Below, piece after piece: positions 59,201 through 64,000 of a stretch of DNA of 64,000 nucleotides. The DNA comes from Candidatus Latescibacterota bacterium. GTDB lineage: Bacteria; Latescibacterota; UBA2968; GCA-2709665. A program made the position numbers and the translations under genes. The notes beneath the pieces were generated by a model. It made no database searches and was not told the DNA's origin. It saw only the letters and a program-made list of their open reading frames with translations. Location of the stretch: NCBI GenBank assembly GCA_965222075.1, contig OZ244937.1, positions 1,056,001 to 1,120,000 of the forward strand, read 5' to 3'. Numbering within the stretch: the stretch's first letter is position 1; the number at the start of each line of letters is the position of its first letter.

Positions 59201-60303
59201 ACGAGTGGGATCCTTACAACAACATCATTGTGACCAACAAGGTGGGCACGGTCCAGTTTGTGGATCTGGTGGAGAACGTGACCTACCGGGAAGAGGCCGA
59301 CGAGACCACCGGACTGGCGGCACAGGTGGTGACCGAGCACCGGGACCGAACCCTTTCGCCGCGCATCCAGATCATCGGCAAGTCCGGAAAGGAAGTGGGG
59401 CACTATATCATTCCGGTCGGCGCTCGGCTTGTGGTGCACGACGGCGACAAAGTCGAGGCCGGGGACGGGCTGGTCAAGCTTCCCCGGGAGCGGAGCAAGA
59501 CCCGGGATATCACGGGCGGGTTGCCCCGAGTGGCCGAGCTGTTTGAAGCGCGTCGGCCCAAGAATCCGGCGGTTGTGACCGAGATCGACGGTGTGGTGAG
59601 TTTTGGCGGCCTTGTGCGCGGTTCTCGAACCGTGATTGTCACCTCAGAGGATGGCGAAGAGCGAAAATACACCATTCCTTACGGGAAGCACCTCCGCGTG
59701 CAGGAGGGAGATCGGGTCATGGCCGGCGGTCGGCTGTCTGAAGGATCGGTGGACCCCCACGACATCCTGCAGATCCAGGGTATTCAGGAGGTTCAAGAGT
59801 ACCTGGTCAACGAGATTCAGGCGGTCTATCGGCTGCAGGGGGTTGGGATCAACGACAAGCATATTGAGTGCATCGTCCGTCAGATGCTGCAGAAGGTTCA
59901 GGTCACCGATCCTGGCGATACCAACTTCCTGGAAGGGGAAGTTGTCGACCGCTTCCGTTTTCAGGATGAGAACGAGAAGGTGATTGCCGAAGGCGGAGAT
60001 CCTGCGACGTTCCAGCCTGTACTCTTGGGGATTACCAGGGCATCGCTGACGACCGACAGTTTTATCTCGGCGGCCTCCTTCCAGGAGACAACGCGCGTTT
60101 TGACCGAGGCGGCTGTGCAGGGCAAGGTGGACAGGCTGTTGGGGCTGAAGGAGAACGTGATTATTGGTCACTTGGTTCCGGCCGGCACGGGCGCAGAGAG
60201 GTACCGCCGTATTCGCTCTGTCGCTTTGGAAGCGGAAGAGAAGGTGGAAAAGGAGGCCGAGAAGGGGCTGGAGGGCGTTGGCCTGCCGTCGATAAATGCT
60301 TGA
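56216..60303 (+). CDS. rpoC: RNA polymerase beta' subunit (single-base frameshift at ~57555)
   Basis: Two ORFs join if one C is added to CAT-CCC-TG (57554-57556), restoring [23 protein letters not shown]. Confidence 0.96.
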
Positions 60304-60328
60304 CAAACTTTCTTTAATTTGTTATCAT
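60300..60328 (+). promoter_or_regulatory. str operon promoter overlapping rpoC stop
   Basis: TTGACA-17 nt-TATCAT with TGn extended -10. Confidence 0.65.
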
Positions 60329-60467
60329 TGATGTTCTAAGCAGTTTTTCTGCGTATGGGTTCAAATCAATCAGGAGGTTATAACCACTGCCTTCAAAAAG
60401 GCTTGTATTTTAACGACTTATCATTATTGATCATAAAGGTCTGTTGCAAAAATGAAGGAGGCTGTAT

Positions 60468-60839
60468 TTGCCCACCATCAACCAGCTGGTAAGAAAAGGC
60501 CGGAAGGTCAAGCCGATGCGGTCATCCTCCCCGGCGTTGCGGGGTTGTCCGCAAAAGCGGGGGGTGTGCACGCGGGTTTATACCACCACGCCCAAAAAGC
60601 CGAATTCGGCGCTTCGAAAGGTTACCCGTGTGCGTCTGACCAATGGGATGGAGGTTACGGCTTATATCCCGGGGGAAGGGCACAACCTCCAGGAGCACTC
60701 AGTGGTGTTGATTCGAGGTGGTCGGGTAAAGGACCTGCCGTCGGTGCGCTACCACATTATCCGCGGTGTTTTAGATACGATCGGCGTGGCCGATCGGAAG
60801 CAGGGGCGATCCAAATACGGCACAAAGGCGCCCGGTTAG
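60468..60839 (+). CDS. rpsL: 30S ribosomal protein S12
   Basis: [30 protein letters not shown] start. Confidence 0.98.
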   Translation: MPTINQLVRKGRKVKPMRSSSPALRGCPQKRGVCTRVYTTTPKKPNSALRKVTRVRLTNGMEVTAYIPGEGHNLQEHSVVLIRGGRVKDLPSVRYHIIRGVLDTIGVADRKQGRSKYGTKAPG

Positions 60840-60938
60840 GGGCAGATTTCGGTTTCTGCTCCAATGGGCATTGACAGTCAAATCGTTTGGGGGGTCGCAT
60901 CGTCGCGCCCCTTATTCTAAGAGGTTCAAAGGATATCC

Positions 60939-61406
60939 ATGCGAAAAGGACGGGCAGGAAAACGGGACACTGCTTTGGACCCGAAGTACGGCAGCACACT
61001 TGTAACTCAGTTTATCAGCTGCCTCTTCCGCAGCGGCAAAAGGAGTGTTGGAGAAACGATCTTTTACGATGCGTTGGACCTGGTTAAAGGGCGCACCGAA
61101 AAGGAAGGGAAGGAAGTCTTTGAACAGGCCGTGGAAAATGTCAAGCCCATCATCCAGGTCCGATCCCGGCGGGTTGGGGGACAAACCTATCAGGTGCCCA
61201 TCGAAGTTCGACAGGACGAGCGCCTTTCGCTTTCCTTCCGGTGGCTGATTACCTATTCCAAGGCGCGGGGTGAAAAGACGATGGCACAGCGGCTGGCCGG
61301 CGAGTTGGTTGACGCCTCAAACGGACAGGGGGGGGCCGTGCAGCGACGTGAGGAAACCCATCGAATGGCCGAGGCCAATCGGGCATTCGCACACTACCGG
61401 TGGTAG
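60939..61406 (+). CDS. rpsG: 30S ribosomal protein S7
   Basis: [26 protein letters not shown]. Confidence 0.98.
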   Translation: MRKGRAGKRDTALDPKYGSTLVTQFISCLFRSGKRSVGETIFYDALDLVKGRTEKEGKEVFEQAVENVKPIIQVRSRRVGGQTYQVPIEVRQDERLSLSFRWLITYSKARGEKTMAQRLAGELVDASNGQGGAVQRREETHRMAEANRAFAHYRW

Positions 61407-61414
61407 ATTTCGCC

Positions 61415-63502
61415 ATGGCACGAGAAGACCAATTGGAGCACATCCGGAACATCGGGATTATGGCCCATATCGATGCGGGCAAGACCACGACCACCGAGCG
61501 CATCCTCTACTATACGGGGCGGCTGCATCGGATGGGCGAGGTACACGACGGTGCGGCTGCGATGGACTGGATGGAGCAGGAGCGGGAGCGGGGGATTACC
61601 ATTACCTCTGCGGCAACCACCTGCTTTTGGGATGACCACCGGATCAACATCATCGATACGCCCGGGCATGTGGACTTTACGGCTGAGGTTGAGCGTTCGC
61701 TGCGGGTACTGGACGGGGCGGTCGGCATCTTCTGTGCAGTGGGTGGGGTAGAACCTCAGTCCGAGACCGTCTGGCGCCAGGCCGACAAATACGGCGTACC
61801 CCGTATTGCCTTTGTCAATAAGATGGACCGAACGGGGGCCGATTTCTTCCGCGTTTTGGGGATGATGGGGGAGCGATTGGCCTCCAACTTTGTACCGGTC
61901 CAGCTCCCGGTTGGGTCGGGTGAGCTGTTCAACGGCCTGCTGGATCTCGTCAAGATGAAGATGGTGGTCTATCAGGAGGACACGCTGGGGGTGGTCTTCA
62001 CCGAAAGCGAAATTCCCCAGGATCTGCAAGCGCAGGCGCTCACCTACCGAGAACAGCTTTTAGAAGCGGTGTCCGACTTTGACGATTCCTTAATGGAGAA
62101 ATTCCTGGAGGACAAGGAGATCGCGGAGGAGGAGATCAAAGCGGCGTTGCGGAAAGCGACCGTTCACGTGCGTGCGGTGCCCGTATTCTGCGGGGCGTCC
62201 TTTAAGAACAAGGGTGTTCAGCGCCTTTTAGACGGCGTTATCGATTACCTGCCCTCGCCTTTGGATGTCCCCGAAGTGGTCGGTGCCCATCCCTCTACCG
62301 AGAAGCAGGAGGCACGTCCCCCTTCGGGTGATGCGCCCTTTGCTGCGCTGGCGTTCAAGGTGATAACCGACCCTTACGTGGGACGGCTGACTTATTTTCG
62401 CGTCTATTCGGGCCGCCTCAAAACCGGTTCGTATGTCCTGAATGCAAACAAGGGCAAACGGGAGCGGGTCGGACGTGTGCTTCGAATGCACGCCAACAAG
62501 CGAGAAGAGATCCGGGAGGTGTTTACAGGGGATATTGCAGCTGTGGTCGGGCTGAAGGATACGGCGACCGGGGAAACGCTGTGTGTAGAAAACCACCCCA
62601 TCCTCCTGGAGTCGATGGAGTTTTCCAAACCGGTCATCTCCGTCGCCATCGAGCCAAGAACCAAGGCCGACCAGGACCATCTGGGCACCGCTCTGGCCAA
62701 GCTTTCCGAGGAAGATCCCACCTTTTACGTGTCTGTGGATACCCAGACCGGACAGACCATTATTTCGGGTATGGGCGAATTGCATTTAGAGATTATCGTG
62801 GACCGGTTGATGCGTGAGTTTCGGGTGGCCGCCAATGTGGGCAAGCCTCAGGTGGCCTACAAAGAGGCTATCCGGAAAGCGGCCAAGAGCGAGGGGCGGT
62901 TCGTCCGGCAGACGGGCGGCCGGGGGCAGTATGGCCACGTCCGGCTGGAGATCGAACCCGGAGAACCGGGGAGCGGGCTGGTCTTTGAGAACAAGATTGT
63001 CGGCGGCTCGATTCCGGGTGAGTATATCCCGTCTGTGCGCCAGGGGGTTGTCGAGGCGATGGCGAGTGGCGTGCTGGCCGGATACCCCATTGAGGCCTTG
63101 AAAGTCACGCTTTACGATGGGTCTTACCATGAGGTCGACTCTTCAGAAATCGCCTTTAAAGTGGCCGGTTCAATGGCCTTCCGAGACGGCGCCAGGAGGG
63201 CCGACCCCTGTCTCTTAGAGCCTGTGATGGACGTAGAAGTGGTGATGCCTGGAGAGTATATGGGAGATGTAATCGCCGATCTGAACTCGCGGAGGGGCCA
63301 TATTGTCGGGATTGTGAACCGGACCGATGCCCAGGTCGTAACGGCAATGGTCCCTTTAAGCGAGATGTTCGGGTATGCCACGCGGTTGCGGTCTCTTTCT
63401 CAGGGGCGGGCTATCTACTCGATGGAATTTTCAAGGTATCAGGAACTCCCCGAGAGCATTGCTGCGGAGATCGTGACCAGGGTGAGGGGCGCGTTACCCT
63501 GA
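61415..63502 (+). CDS. fusA: Elongation factor G
   Basis: [34 protein letters not shown]. Confidence 0.98.
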   Translation: MAREDQLEHIRNIGIMAHIDAGKTTTTERILYYTGRLHRMGEVHDGAAAMDWMEQERERGITITSAATTCFWDDHRINIIDTPGHVDFTAEVERSLRVLDGAVGIFCAVGGVEPQSETVWRQADKYGVPRIAFVNKMDRTGADFFRVLGMMGERLASNFVPVQLPVGSGELFNGLLDLVKMKMVVYQEDTLGVVFTESEIPQDLQAQALTYREQLLEAVSDFDDSLMEKFLEDKEIAEEEIKAALRKATVHVRAVPVFCGASFKNKGVQRLLDGVIDYLPSPLDVPEVVGAHPSTEKQEARPPSGDAPFAALAFKVITDPYVGRLTYFRVYSGRLKTGSYVLNANKGKRERVGRVLRMHANKREEIREVFTGDIAAVVGLKDTATGETLCVENHPILLESMEFSKPVISVAIEPRTKADQDHLGTALAKLSEEDPTFYVSVDTQTGQTIISGMGELHLEIIVDRLMREFRVAANVGKPQVAYKEAIRKAAKSEGRFVRQTGGRGQYGHVRLEIEPGEPGSGLVFENKIVGGSIPGEYIPSVRQGVVEAMASGVLAGYPIEALKVTLYDGSYHEVDSSEIAFKVAGSMAFRDGARRADPCLLEPVMDVEVVMPGEYMGDVIADLNSRRGHIVGIVNRTDAQVVTAMVPLSEMFGYATRLRSLSQGRAIYSMEFSRYQELPESIAAEIVTRVRGALP

Positions 63503-63580
63503 GGAAGCCGATGTAGGTGGTGTGTAAGACCCCTGTTGGATGAGGTTTGGGGGGCGTTATTTTACAGGAGGAAGGAGCTC

Positions 63581-64000
63581 ATGGCGAAAGAGAGGTTTGA
63601 CAGGTCGAAGCCGCATGTCAACATTGGAACCATCGGTCATATTGACCACGGAAAGACAACCCTGACGGCTGCGATTACCAAGGGACTGGCCGCCAGGGAT
63701 CTGGCGGATTATACCCCCTTTGACGATATCGACAAGGCGCCCGAGGAAAAGGAGCGCGGAATCACGATCAATACTGCGCACGTGGAGTACTCAACGGAGA
63801 ACCGTCACTATGCCCACGTGGACTGTCCGGGGCATGCCGACTATATTAAGAACATGATCACCGGTGCGGCGCAGATGGACGGCGCTATCCTGGTGGTAAG
63901 CGCAGCGGACGGCCCGATGATTCAGACACGGGAGCACATCCTGCTTTCCAAGCAGGTGAACGTGCCTTCTATTGTGGTGTATATGAACAAGGTGGATATG
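63581..64000 (+). CDS. tuf: Elongation factor Tu (5' part, runs off window)
   Basis: [35 protein letters not shown]. Confidence 0.98.
   Translation, partial: MAKERFDRSKPHVNIGTIGHIDHGKTTLTAAITKGLAARDLADYTPFDDIDKAPEEKERGITINTAHVEYSTENRHYAHVDCPGHADYIKNMITGAAQMDGAILVVSAADGPMIQTREHILLSKQVNVPSIVVYMNKVDM

Noticed and set aside
56123-60303. Genuine split rpoC (cyanobacterial rpoC1/rpoC2 style)
   Set aside because: The break falls before NADFDGD rather than at the known split site, and a single added base restores a continuous protein.

Overview
GC-rich (~60%) bacterial chromosome segment in genetic code 11, mostly + strand. Gene order and content suggest an FCB-superphylum lineage such as Latescibacterota, which is inference only. 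From left to right: (1) a partial LamG-type lipoprotein gene, absent from the ORF track, diverges from a two-gene unit. That unit encodes a 1583-aa membrane protein fusing an apparently metal-ligand-deficient M28/PA peptidase-fold domain to a MacB/FtsX permease, plus an OPT-like transporter. (2) Redox and folding genes, and a signal-peptide-bearing tandem DUF151 nuclease with a near-identical internal duplication. (3) The housekeeping run yicC-gmk-rpoZ-coaBC-udg-dnaB-radA-kptA-dacZ. (4) A small toxin-antitoxin/REP/MITE islet bounded by a 22-bp direct repeat. (5) A MoxR-DUF58-Bat operon with a GldAFG-like ABC system embedded in it. (6) A plant-like thrC and a plant-like cystathionine gamma-synthase separated by a SAM-II riboswitch with terminator/antiterminator logic. 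(7) Four tRNAs and the rpmG-secE-nusG-rplKAJL-rpoBC-rpsLG-fusA-tuf core. Two single-base homopolymer frameshifts (batC, rpoC) are most likely assembly errors. No CRISPR array, rRNA, transposase or integrase was seen. All family assignments come from motif recognition by eye, not database searches.
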